64,000 nt of DNA from Folioceros fuciformis. Its lineage: Eukaryota. The translations under genes were made by a program, and so were the position numbers. The stretch covers positions 354,157-418,156 of the forward strand of contig JBNGIO010006304.1 of assembly GCA_049999805.1 (NCBI GenBank), read 5' to 3'. The notes beneath the pieces are model-generated. The model made no database searches and had not been told where the DNA came from. It saw nothing but the letters and a program-made list of their open reading frames with translations. Positions 50,262 to 62,587 of the stretch are shown in pieces (positions within the stretch are counted from its first letter, which is position 1; each line of letters opens with the position of its first letter).

Positions 50262-51221
50262 TGGCCTGCGAAGCTTACCAACACTGACATGTCCCTTGAA
50301 GGTTTGTGCTGACGTGGGAGTGGCCGCTGCTCGCTGGGTATGCCCAGCAAGGGCTCTGCATGAGGCACTTGCTGTCTGTGGACAAGTGGAGCAGGAGAAC
50401 CTGATTTTGGCTAACCATGGGCGATGTGGTTTTTCGAGGATCCGGTCAAACTGGACCCTCACCGAGCCCATGTGCTTGTGGCCACCGCCCACGAGATGCA
50501 TTTTGAGATGTAGAAACGATGAAAGATTGGTAGTAATAGGAAGCACGAAACTCGCAGTGGCGGACAGTGAGGACGATGAAGGGGTAGTGCCTTGTTGCTT
50601 CGCATCCTGTATCTGCAATCAAGGATTGCGACCATTGTCGTGCGCGGGCATATCTCGAGAACCGTCTGACAGGACTGACCTTTACTTTGAGCCCTGGCTT
50701 GCTGTGTGCCAGAAATGGCTAGGGTGAGGAGAAAGAGATTGTGCTGGAAGCTGGTGCTCGTCAGGTAGATCGGATCCCTGTACATTATACCTTCAGCGGT
50801 CGTGAAGCCCGGGGTCGGCCAGGCCCCCCTCCAGGTGCGCCTGAAGGGCGTGGCATTCTAACGTCCTACAGAATGTTATTGACTTCCATTTTCTGCACTG
50901 CCATTTACAGCGTGTCGGTGTAGAAAAATTGATGGAAGCTGGAAAGTGCAGTGAAGGGGCCCGAAGGTGTTTAGTGTTAAATAGGATTAAAATGAGAAGA
51001 CTTTTTTGGAGAGGATATTAATATTAATATATTACGACAAGTACTATTGGGTCAGAAAGTAAATGCATGGGACAAGGGAGAGCGATGGGTTTGGATAGAG
51101 CGATGTCTCTACTTTCAGCTAGTTGACTTTGCGAACGTTCCAATGTCTGGCGTGAGAAAAGAGGCGTGCCTATTCAATCCAACTCCAAGCACACTACTGA
51201 TCATAACATTTATTTGTATTC

Positions 51222-52799
51222 TCAAAGGTTGTTTGACGCCGTTTCTTCACCTTTGGCACCATTTTCTGGACTACGAGCCTGTTCCAACATCCTATCGAAG
51301 TGCACACCAATGGCATCTCGTTTGTCCAGCTCCTCTCCCTCCAATGCCAGCCATCTTTCGCGAAAGTCATCCAAGACGTTTCCTGGATGTTTGCCTCCTA
51401 TTGCGCTGGTCCGGGTACACGATTCGCCCGACGGGGGTGGAAGGCTGGCTACCATGGTCTTGAATTCTGCCGTTGATACGAACTGCTTGAAGTTCATAAC
51501 CATTACATCCAGACAACGGTCTCTAAGTTTACGCAACTCATACTTTTCAGCCATAACCAGCCAGCAGCACAGGTCGGCAGGAGTTGCGTCATCCAGCCGC
51601 AGTAGGAGAGCATCACCAACAAGGCACTTCAAGTCAAACATGAGGTAGCGTGAAGCTGCGTCGAGGATCTCCTCTGCCTCACCAGGGTCCACCTCATCCT
51701 CCAGAGTATCGGTATACACGAATTCCAGCAGTTTGCAGAAAGCTGTGCATCGTATCTCATTTTCTTCAAACACGGGCAGCTCCTCTGTCGACCCCGACCC
51801 CTCCTCCTCTGCTGTTGCTCCACGAAATCTTGCCTCAAAGTAGTGTGACCGTGCTTCTAAGATGAACTTATGACCTCTGAATATCATGCCGTCAACAAGG
51901 AAGCATACGTCCGCATAGTCGCACTTTCGGAGTTGAGCGAGAGGCCGCCGAAAAGACAATGGCGAGGTGGGTTTCCTCGTCTGCATTTCTAAACCTCCAC
52001 GACATTGAGCCCTAGGCCGCTTTGAAAGGGACTTGGCTAGGGTGATGTGAAATATCTTGCGCATAGCTGCTACAAGCCGGGACTGGTCAGGTGGAAGATC
52101 TCGATGCTGTGCATATACCCAAGCCAAGTCATCACCGTCCTTCCTTTTGTCCACAAACGCTAGCCGCTTAGCTCTGCGTCCCGCGTTGGTGTCTTTGCAA
52201 ACCTGCATAGTGGTGTACAAATGGTGGAGGAGGCTGAAAAATTCAAAGAAGGGAAGATTCCGTCGTAGGTGTTTCTGCCTCATTTCCTCCCAAGCGTTGC
52301 CAGCCCTATGGGAGAACAAACGCGAACAACCAGCCAGGTTCACTCCAAAGGCGAACGACGGTCTCAGGGCTCTCCGACGAACTTGTACTGGTGGAGGATT
52401 CCAGTCGTCCGCATAGTTCCGGAACATTTTGGAGGCCACGCATCTCACGGGTAAGAAACCGGGAGCATCTAGAACGACCCGATCGTTGCCGCCGACTCTT
52501 GGGGGGCCTGAGCTGAATGCATCGCGAAGGGCAGCGACAAGAGGCTGGTGCCGCGCAGGACGGGTTCCCCTGGCAGCATCCCAGTGGCCAGCGCGGGAGC
52601 TGTAGTAGAGCGGCACGCAATCCCAGCAGTCCCGAGCGTTCACATCCACGCGCTCCTCATGTAGCAAGAACCTCAGTCGGTCGACATCTCCAGCACGAGC
52701 TGCCTCGAACACGTCTGCGTCTCCAACCTCCCTGCACCGCAACGGAGGCTCCTGCTCCATCATGAAGAGATCGTTCAATGCATTGTCGAGGGGCTCCAT
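51222..52799 (-). CDS. Ankyrin-repeat and BTB/POZ domain protein (ABTB1-like), divergent, single ORF
   Basis: VFEAARAGDVDRLRFLL..VNARDCWDCVPLYY and the BTB domain YADVCFLVDGMIFRGHKFILEARSHYF...LLEFVYTDTL. Confidence 0.8.
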   Translation of the reverse strand: MEPLDNALNDLFMMEQEPPLRCREVGDADVFEAARAGDVDRLRFLLHEERVDVNARDCWDCVPLYYSSRAGHWDAARGTRPARHQPLVAALRDAFSSGPPRVGGNDRVVLDAPGFLPVRCVASKMFRNYADDWNPPPVQVRRRALRPSFAFGVNLAGCSRLFSHRAGNAWEEMRQKHLRRNLPFFEFFSLLHHLYTTMQVCKDTNAGRRAKRLAFVDKRKDGDDLAWVYAQHRDLPPDQSRLVAAMRKIFHITLAKSLSKRPRAQCRGGLEMQTRKPTSPLSFRRPLAQLRKCDYADVCFLVDGMIFRGHKFILEARSHYFEARFRGATAEEEGSGSTEELPVFEENEIRCTAFCKLLEFVYTDTLEDEVDPGEAEEILDAASRYLMFDLKCLVGDALLLRLDDATPADLCCWLVMAEKYELRKLRDRCLDVMVMNFKQFVSTAEFKTMVASLPPPSGESCTRTSAIGGKHPGNVLDDFRERWLALEGEELDKRDAIGVHFDRMLEQARSPENGAKGEETASNNL

Positions 52800-53584
52800 G
52801 GACCATAATACATAATAAGTCTTCGCCGCTGGTGCCGACTCCTACTCCAAACGAGACTGCCAGTCCCGCCTGCGCAGCGCTGACCAGGACTCTTCACCGA
52901 GCGCCGTAGTACCCACCTAGCATGTATACTTCACAGGCGTGCTGCGGGAATCGTTAATGGGTTATCTTCACACGATCGCTATGGAAGCGACGACACAAGG
53001 GGACCCAAAGCAGCTGACAGCAAATCAGCATGGAAGCGAACAGACATGATCCGAAGTATTCGATTAAATATGACTAAGGAAAGGGAAGAGGAAAGAAATG
53101 TTTCCAGTCTTCAGTCGTGCCTCATGAATGTGATGCGTTTCGTTACGAAGAGTATCATTATGGCCTATACGGTAGGGCTCACCTCTGTTACCAGCATGTG
53201 GACACTCCTCGAGAGGCCAGAGTCACTGGTCACTTTCAAAATCTTCAGGGTTACCCGCAAGCCTTGCATTATATCACGGCGAGGAAACAGCCACCCAACA
53301 GCTAAGTGCGGGGAATCCATCCATCCTTGAGACACGGATATGTATGACAGTATGCGCGCTGCTCGACGGCATCCTAAGTGAAAAGGAGCGTCAGTATGGA
53401 GGTCAGGTTAGTTATCCGACATGTGATACTTGGTGTCAGAAATAATAAGATTGTTCTCTGCTGAGGTTACCTGACATTTAGATCCATCTTCTGGTCAGAA
53501 TGAAGTGATGTTCCCTGCTCATCACGTGGAAAAACACAGTTGTCCTTGCCGATCACAATTCAGCAACCAGCGTGGAGACAAGTC

Positions 53585-55607
53585 CTAATCCACGGGAGCA
53601 TCCTCTGATGCCGACACCCGGCTAGTCGTTGGCTCCCTCCCAAGCCTTTTGAAGGCTACCAAGGCCCTTCTGAACTCTGTCGCTTTGATCTGGAATAAAA
53701 GGTCATGCACGACACAGGGCAGGTTGGATGAATTGACGACGAAGTTGGCATTACAGCAGCAGCAGATTGGCTGCACATCCACGTACCGCAGGCATGCCTC
53801 CATAGTCACCAGACTCAAGGATGTTGTTGGTGACCCCACTTTTTGCTGCTATGCGGACCTAAAAGTGACGGGCAAATGGCATGTCAGCCCAGAACACGAA
53901 GGAGCATTAGCCTACAGCAAGGGCAATACCTTCGAAACAATCGTTCTGTGGTCCGCAACACCTGATTGCCCTCCCATCACCACATAATCTCCAAGCCTTT
54001 CAACAGAAACCAAGTGTGAGCTAGGAAGCCTAGTCGAAACGTGTCATTCTGCGAAATGCAAGACTGCTCACTCCCACAAGCCACACTCACGTAGCAGAAC
54101 CGCCGATCCCAACTTGCCCACATAGCATGCAGCAACGGCCAATCACTGCATTGTGGCCGATCTGAACTTAGAATCCATAAACGTCTAGTCAGACGGAGTT
54201 GTTACCCAAAGGGACGAACACGTTTAAGCAATTAACAACCAAACAAGAGTACCTGAACTAGGTTGTCAATTTTTGTGTGATCGCCAATGACAGTATCTCG
54301 CCAGCTGCCAGAGTCCAGTACCCTTTTGTTACTGATCAATAACATCTAAAAGTGCTCATGCAAGTGCTTCAGGAACACAGAGCAACAAATCCTAGAGAAG
54401 GGAGAAACTTAAGTCTCAAGGAAAGGACCGAGCGGTGCTACCTGCCCCTGTCTACACACGAATTGGCCCCAATCTCTACGTGATTTCCTATCTTCACCTG
54501 TAGCAGCTGTATAAGAAATGGGAATGAATTACTTCACTGACACTCAACCTCCAGTGTTCGTGTGCGCATGTGCATCAAAGTTCATAACACTGCTGCTCTT
54601 CCCCTAAGTAGCCTTTAAAGCTATCCAGCAAGGCTTGCATTTGGGCACAGAAAACACAACACCATTCCGGTTACCTGAGGCTTCTTGACTACTTCACCTT
54701 CCTCGTTGACCAAAAAGCCAAATCCTACCACCAACAACACCGATGTGATCACACGAAGTGACGAACAAAAAGTTTCCTTACGCTCACGTTGGTCACTGAA
54801 AAACGATTCACTCCACTGAAGGGCAGCTGCACACCATCTTGGCCAACACAGACACCATTGTGAAGGATGCAAGATTCCCCGATGGAGCAGTTCTGCAACG
54901 AAACATTATACCTGCACACCGTAAGCACACACAAGGGTAGGCAGAGTTAGAATCCCGTCTGAGTTAGCATCCTCAAAACATCTGACGAATACTACCAGTG
55001 GCCAACAACAAACGCGTAGGATCTCGGAGAGTGCACACAACAGCAAGAGGCAACCAGATCAAACTCTGTCCTTCATGAATTTCATAAAGAAGGCGCAAAC
55101 AACAACCCCAGCACGGTGGAGGAGCCGATAGTGACGTCGCGTCCTACGATGGAGCCCGATCCGATGTGAGCATTGGGGCCCACGCGAGCATGGGCTTGCA
55201 CCAGGGCTCCCACCTCCACAACCACACTTGGATCCACGTGAGCCAATTTGTGAACCAGGCCCCCTCCTCTGTCCCAATTCTCAACTCCAGTGCCCTCCGC
55301 TTTCCCGCAGCCAAGCGCCACAGCCACTGCAAAACCATGCCACCTGCAATGAGACAAATGGAGCTCGCATCCTAGACTTGGCCGGACCAAGCTTTGCCTC
55401 CGATTGCCCTTCCCAAATTGGACAATCAAGCTACGAACCGGAGCATCTGCTCAGGCGCGGTGCCTTCCGGTACTGCGCATGAAGCTCCTGCCTCCGGGGT
55501 GCCGCCAGGGAAGATATCAGTCCTAGTCTTCCCAGCTGGGAGACCTGAGGAGGCGACCATGGAAGGGACAGGCTACGTGCACACACTGCCGCCGTGGCCG
55601 CTTGCAT
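53585..55607 (-). CDS. LPXD: UDP-3-O-acylglucosamine N-acyltransferase (LpxD), probably mitochondrial, multi-exon
   Basis: Hexapeptide repeats, HNGVCVGQDG|FGF, EIGANSCVDRG, DTVIGDHTKIDNLVQ|IGHN and LCGQVGIGGS. Exon 1 is Arg/Ser/Ala-rich like a targeting peptide. Confidence 0.88.
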
Positions 55608-56639
55608 CGCTTCAGCTGCTCCCTCCTACTCCCTACGATCCGACACTACCGAGCCGGAGTTCGAATCTCCATTCTCCCATACGACACATATAGTTAACAT
55701 GGCCTGACTTTTCCTTCCGCGTTGGTTCGAAGTTCTGTTTCCAGGCGAGTGACCAGGAGCCTGCTCGAAGACACAGAAACAGGCCGAGGCTCGTATTTCA
55801 TTCGACCTGTTCCCGAGCAATGAGAACTTGCCACAAACTTGGCATGAAGTGAGCTCTGTTGACACCATGGCAGAGTGAGCAAATGCTGGTGCATTTGTTG
55901 ACGAATCTCTCTCCGGTGGATGAAATTGTGGCAGAAAGTGCGCACATCAGCATCCGGAACCGAGCTACGTCTCGATCTCCCCTGGTGCAATGCTGCCCAG
56001 GATGCATAGTTCATTTTCTTACTTGACAGCGAGAACAAAGGCTCTCTGGTAGGCCCCTTCTGATTGTCACGACGAGCTCTCTCTGCACCTCGACAGAACG
56101 GAAGGTGTAACCTGGCACCTGATTTTTTGGCGAAAATAATATGAGGAGTATGCAGGCATTATTGAATTATATAGTATTATCGGTTACAAGAACCACCGTA
56201 CCCACACTTACCCGCCAGGGACTCTACGTATGATCCACTGTACGAGATACGTATGTGCAAGAAACCTACAATGTGGACTGTGTGTATAGGTAGTCCTCAT
56301 CGGGCGACGGCTATCGGAGATTGGCACACGACATGCCTGTCTGAAAAAGATTTTGGCGGCTTGGACCATTTAGCGAACAGGCGGCAGCAGGAGATCTGAC
56401 AGCGCCAGCGCCGAAGACGGGAGAAATGCGGCCAGCTTGCTCGACAACATGAACAGTACTGCGTACTCTATTGTGTTCGCCTGGACCTTTAGTAGGGCTT
56501 GAACAGGGTTTAGGGTTTGACCGCCCAAGGAATTTTGAAAAATCAGCCGAGTTTGCAGCGGAGGATGGAATGTGGATTCCAGAATAGCTCTGCAGCGTCA
56601 ATGTTGTAGTGGGTCGCCATCAGAGCTGACTTAGACAGA

Positions 56640-59600
56640 ATGGGGCCCGAAAGTGGCGGGAGAGGGTCTTGCTGCCAGCAGGTGCGTTACTCGAACTGCC
56701 GATTTGAGCAAACTGCAATGGGGTGTTGCATCTGGAAGAACGTGTGACTGAATGGCAGGATTGCAGGTGGCAGAGAAGTTGGAGAAGAGCGAGGCTGGCA
56801 GGAAGAAGTTGAGGCAAGCCATTACCTTGCTGAAGGAGAAGCTGGAGGCTACTGAAAAAGTGTTACAGGTCAATGAGACGTTGCGTCAAGGTGGGCACTC
56901 TCGCTTAACTTTCTGGTTTCAATCGTGTTCCACCCCGCGTTCCTGGTTTCATTATTGCTTCCATTTTTCTCCTCATCACAGAATTGGAGAAAGAGCGGAA
57001 GAGGGCCGAAGCGGAGAGCCTGAACGCTACAGAGCAAATGAGGTTGCGTGAAGAGCTGGAGAAAGATGGGCGTAGTTTGAAAGATGAATTGTCCAGAGTA
57101 TTTCAACGTCTGGATGCGGTGGAAAGGAGACAAAAACTAGATAGTAACGGAGTTGATCGCCTTCTCTCAGAGGTGCACCTGTCAGTTAGAGCGATCGTGC
57201 TGCCTTGCAATCACTTGAGGAGGATGAGTGTACGATACTGCATTGTTCTGAGGACGCTGTAGCTAACTTCTGCTTCTGTGGCCCTTTCAGGTCCGAGAGG
57301 CAGCTAAAGGTCTTGGCCATTCTGTTGTAGCGATCGAATCTGCTCAAAATTCTTTCCAAGGTTTAGAGAAATCCCTCCTGACCAAGGTCTGCCTCTGTGT
57401 GTCTGTGTAACGATGTTGAATGTGAAAACTTTCTTGGTCCTCGGATTAACCGTAGTGAATCAGAGTTTGGCAAAGAGTCTTTCTTCTGACGAGTGTTTTT
57501 CTTCTATCCAGATCCAGAGTGCTTCCAAGTCAGCAGAGAAGGGGATGGATTTGGCCACGAAACTGCAATCAGATGCATCGACTGCCCGAACCAAATGTGT
57601 GGCAGCAGAGACTATGTCCAGAACTGCTCAGACAGTAGCCATATCAACTCAGACGGAAGTGCAGAAGCTGTCTGCGAACGTTGTGGCCTTGCAGAAGCAC
57701 ACCAGTTTGATGGAGGAGCAGCTGTGTAGCTTACTTCAAGGTCGGGGAAGGACTAGTGAAGTGAAAGCAACGGCTCCTACACCTGCCACCAGAGACCCAC
57801 TGCCGAATGCATTTGCAAAGTCAAAAAGTAAGTCCAAATTTGGGAGGGGAATGGTGCTCAGTAAAACTCAGGTGCAAAGCACGCCACTTATTCAAGTTCG
57901 AAAGGCAACTAATGGAGGCTCAGATTTGGTGGTAAGTGAAAGGATTTCAACATTTTTCCTTGCAAGGATAGCAACTGTTATGTTTTTTGTGTGTTAGGCA
58001 CCCTTATAGTTGCGTTACGCTCCCTTGACCTTGCACCAGAGCTTTCTGCTGCCACCCTGACATTACTCTTGTGCGCTCTCTTCTTGCTGTGCCTGATTGC
58101 TCCTGTACAGGATCCTGGAGAAATGGTATCCAACACCAGCTCTGCGCCCTTAACCACAGGTGCTGTTCAGAGTGAGCGTATTCCGATACCAAGTACTTCA
58201 AAGCCGGCCTCAGTGAGGGCTGTTGACACCCTTTCTGCCCATGTCGAATCACTTGAAAAGCATAATAGTTGGCTTGAGCAGCGGATATCTACTCTGCTAC
58301 AAGATGGAGCACAAACTGATGACACTGGAAAGGTTACTTTTACCATGGACGTGGTCGGGGACAGGATGTCAAGTGGGCATATTAGACCCAGAAATAGGTC
58401 CAAGGCCGGAAAGGAAACCTTCTTCAGTAATCCCCAGCTTCAAACTACACTAGCTGTGAAGACTTCTGAACCATGCAAAGCTGACAGCAAGAAAAACGGT
58501 ATTGCTCAGGAATCTGCCCAGAATGCAAGACCGGAAGAACGGAAAGAGGGATATGGTGAAAAAATGTCACAAATGTGCTCCTTAACTGAGTTGTCGGTGA
58601 AGACAGGAGCGCTTACCGATAATTTGGTTGATTCGAGGAGAAAGGAGTCCTCTTCAGAAGACAAGCCAATGGCTATAGTGCAGTCCATCACAAGACTGTT
58701 ACAGAAAGGGAACAAGAATCAAACAAAGATGCAGTCCAAGCTCGAGGCTCTGGAAGAAGCGCTGGTGAATATCCAAAGCAAGGGTAATGGCAATGTGTGT
58801 TCGGCTGACGGTTTGCAGAAGGAGGGAGAGAAGAGACCCAAAAGGAAAGCGATCGAAAAGAAAGAGTTGAACGTTGGTATTGGAGATGGTGACGCATGCA
58901 TATCTCAAAAGAATGGGAAATGCAAAGAACGTAGGAAGAGAGCTCGAAAGGAGGACAGCACACATGGACAGCATATCGAAAAGAAGATAGGTGTCACTCT
59001 TGAAGCTGATGCGGCTTTGCAACCAGCAGACAAAATAAATTTGAGTGGAACGGGCTATCCACTAGAAGTGGCAACTCAACCGAATGGGAAATCTGAGCTG
59101 CATGAACAGGTGAAACTAAAGGTTGACCCTAGTTGTCTTGACCTTGGGAGTGAAGATGGAGAAGCAGTGTGGTTGAATTCTTGTGTGACAGAAAGAGACA
59201 TACCGGTGTGGAGTGAGTGGGACTTGAAATCTGGATGTGACGATCCATTGTGGGCTGACTGGTTGGCAGGAAAACTACAATTATTGTCCCCACTCTCACC
59301 TATTATTCCCGTTGGAGCAGAGAATGAAGGTATATGCGTAGTGGATGTTGGTCATGAGCTCATACAGACCAAGGAAGCACATTCAGAGGATGAGAACAGT
59401 CACCTGAGCTTTCCACAGGTAACGTTGGTGGACATGCAGGGTGCCGATGGCAATTGTTCGAGGGAAACTTGGCCTTCCAATTGTGAGGGACGTCCACAAG
59501 TTTCTGTACAAACATTTCTGATCGAGCGCGGAAGTTCATTCTTAGATCTCTCCACATCCTTGCCTGAAATTCCCATCGACGTAAGGACTGGAAGTCGAGA

Positions 59601-60240
59601 TTCAGCTGATGTCGCAGGAGTGGGCGTTCTGGAACTTGTGAAGTCTACAGAACCACATATTGAGGTTGAAGATGGGCGTCTGGACGTTCGGCAGGTAATT
59701 TCAGTGGATGCGAAGGTTGCAGCGGAGCATTATTTGAAGCAATCGTCCCCTTCAAATTCTGAAGCACCTCCACGATTTCTGTTACCCACGACATCGGACA
59801 AGTTTGGACGATCAAGCGCAGATGTCGCGAAGTTAAGCGGTGAATATCCAGCTGAAGTGGATGAGAAGCTGCCTGTTATCCAGCCCGTGGGAGGAGATCA
59901 TGGTTGGAAAGACCTGTGCCCGACGCCAGTGCATTCGAAGTCATGCCATTCTGGGAGCACCTCACTACGTGAGCTGGCTCATGAGGGCGGGGCCCCTGCT
60001 GATGGTAAAGGTTCAGGAAATGTCATTGAGAATTCTTCGGTGCTCCAGTCTGTCGGAAATGAAGGTTTGACGGAACTGCCTCGAGTACTCATCACCCGAA
60101 TTCAGGCCACCTGTGCACTGCCACTTGTCAGTGAGATTTCTTCTGAGGACGCGGTTCACTTCCAGGGTGGAGGTCCAGAAAAAGTGCATGAGGGCTGTGA
60201 TGATGCTTGTGAGGAACTCCCAGAGAAGCAGGATCACTGA
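56640..60240 (+). CDS. Long coiled-coil/disordered protein, N-terminus resembling plant MEE22/EMB1611
   Basis: Phase-consistent first exons give MGPESGGRGSCCQQ|VAEKLEKSEAGRKKLRQAITLLKEKL. A ~2.1-kb final exon stays open to 60240. The family call is from memory of the N-terminal pattern only. Confidence 0.6.
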
Positions 60241-61301
60241 AAGGCGAGCCATTCTGTGGAGTTGTGTTTCATCAACTGCGCGGTCGGGCCAGTGGGGCTG
60301 ATCATTGCAGATGTTCAGAAATGTTGGTGTACGTCTTGTAGTGGTACAGCCGAAAGGAGATGGTTGGAAAGAACAGAATGATCGAGGACCCAACTTTTAT
60401 TTTGTAGCACTGTTTGCCAACAGCTTTGTTGAGGGCTAGATTTTGACATCTGCGCTTTGAATCGAGGGTTCAGTGCAATCCAGGGCTGTACCCAGTTGTA
60501 GAGAGCAATTACTGTACTCCAGTAATCAAGCAATCAGCAGCGTCTTACCCCAAAGGATAACCTGTGGTTTTGATGTGGTGTGACTCATTCTCTACTCAAT
60601 TACAGATCATTCCACCTTCCATTTGGTTGTCCCAGTACGCTGTACAAATGCTTCACCTGATTAGTTTCAAATAGCCAGCGGGCTATCGGTTGCACGCGAT
60701 GAGGCCGTGAGTACTACTCGGGTTCCGTTGTGTGGTTAGATGCCACTTGGGTTCTATTGTAGCAGGCCAAATGTCAGTTATATTACAAAACTTGTGGTTA
60801 ATTGCCATACAAGATATGGGTCATTACAATTTTTTTTAGCACTCCTTGTTTTGGCAAAATTATCAAGGAGAATATTCAGATGGCAAATTGAAACATAATC
60901 TATATGATATATAATACTTTTAACACCCGTGTGAAGAAAAACTCAAGACAATCTAAGAGTGAGTTACTTCATCATGAATGGGATCACCCATGTAGTAATA
61001 AAAGTTAACCGATCTTGCAGCATAGAATCGATCCTCTTTCTTCGGGGGGGAAGGAGGCTTGGCTGCCGAGTAGGAGCCTTGAGGAGTGGGGGGAACGGGG
61101 CCTCGATGTCGGCCGGGAACGGGGTGGCGCGGCAGCGTCGGCGTTGACGGGGGGTTGGAAGTGGGGCATCGTGGCCGAGTTGGGCTGGAGAAAGCGGGCC
61201 TCACGTCCTGTAAAGGCTTATGGAAATATGTCTGTATGCAACCTTTCCAGTGTTCGGTCGGCATACACATGTCTGACGTACCCATTTTGCCTGTTCCCAT
61301 T

Positions 61302-61610
61302 TCTGGGTTGTAGCTCCAGGAGCAGACAACGGGTCCTGCCTTGTGGTGAGCAGTTGTTGGCCAGCACTAGATTGAGAGCTGGGGGCAGTTTCAACCTCGA
61401 CTATTGTANNNNNNNNNNCAGCACTAGATTGAGAGCTGGGGGCAGTTTCAACCTCGACTATTGTAGGCAGGCATGGCGTACCGATTATGCCAGTTTCCAT
61501 TGCTGGGTTGTAGCTCCAGGAGCAGACAACGGGCCCTGCCCTACGTTGAGCAGTGAGCAGTAGTTGGCCAGTTCTAGGTCGAGGGCTGGGGGCAGTTTCA
61601 ACCTCGACTT
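61302..61610. repeat. Composite tandem repeat
   Basis: CTGGGTTGTAGCTCCAGGAGCAGACAACGGG occurs twice and GCTGGGGGCAGTTTCAACCTCGACT three times. One copy flanks an N gap and may be an assembly duplicate. Confidence 0.75.
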
Positions 61611-62587
61611 CAGGCGTGGGCATCCGGCAGCTGTACTTGATTCTTTTTCATCTGAGCTCGTCAGGATAGTAGCCGAGAATAGGGATGAGCTGAGTGCAGA
61701 CCTCCAAGGCTCGAAGGCCGAGGCCGGTGTGTGTGGCTCACTTGCCTAGTTGCCATTGGTTTTTTGCTGTGAACTTACGCTCGGATCCAGTTGGTCATTG
61801 TTGCAGTGCAGGGTTGGCGGATGGAATTTGAGCACCGCTGGCGCCATTTGTGCTGTCTAATCAAGAAGTGACTTCCCTACCTCGCTGTGGCTCCACTCTA
61901 TTTCCGTCATAGGGCAAAGCAGCAGTCATTCTTGTCTCATTCAACCTAGCCAAGCCCTTAGCTATGGTTTGAAGCAGCTATATTCATCGGCAAGCTTCTT
62001 TTCGTTTTCTCTTGATGTAGAGGAGTCCCAGGGAGCCCAACTGTGTGAAACGCCTTTCCCCGCACCGTTCCCTCACAAATGACTGACCACCGGATGGGCT
62101 GTCCGACCTTCCTGTTACCTCACCTCCGTCTCTATCACACCAAGTACGCTTCAAAATTTAAACAACGGGACTAGATCGGACCCCACAAGCTTTCTCGGTG
62201 CCAATCCATCTGAATCATGGACTTGGTGCACAGGCGCTTGTGAAGTTTCGAAGGTTACACGACAGCCCAAAGGTCCGAGGATCAATTCGGACATTTATTA
62301 CGGAGCAAATAATCAATCATTCGTAAATCACATCTTACAATACAAACGCAATACAGCGTGTAAAGCGAGCTTGCCCTGCGTCGCTCCAAGTTCAACCTGA
62401 GAAGGGCTCCCAACTCGCTTTCCCCAATTTCCCTGTACACGGCGGCGTGAGGGTTATTAAATCCCGTTCACGCCAAAAACAAGCATATCGTTCGGGAGTG
62501 ACCGACGAACATGCATACCGTCCATTCGGTTGCAGAAGGTGAGAATAAGTTAGATGTCGGGAAGCAAGCCTCCGTAGCGCAGCGCTG

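Noticed and set aside
50245-50727. 160-aa Cys-rich ORF after KRI1
   Set aside because: Non-ATG start, overlaps the KRI1 stop and has no recognisable domain. Probably 3' UTR.
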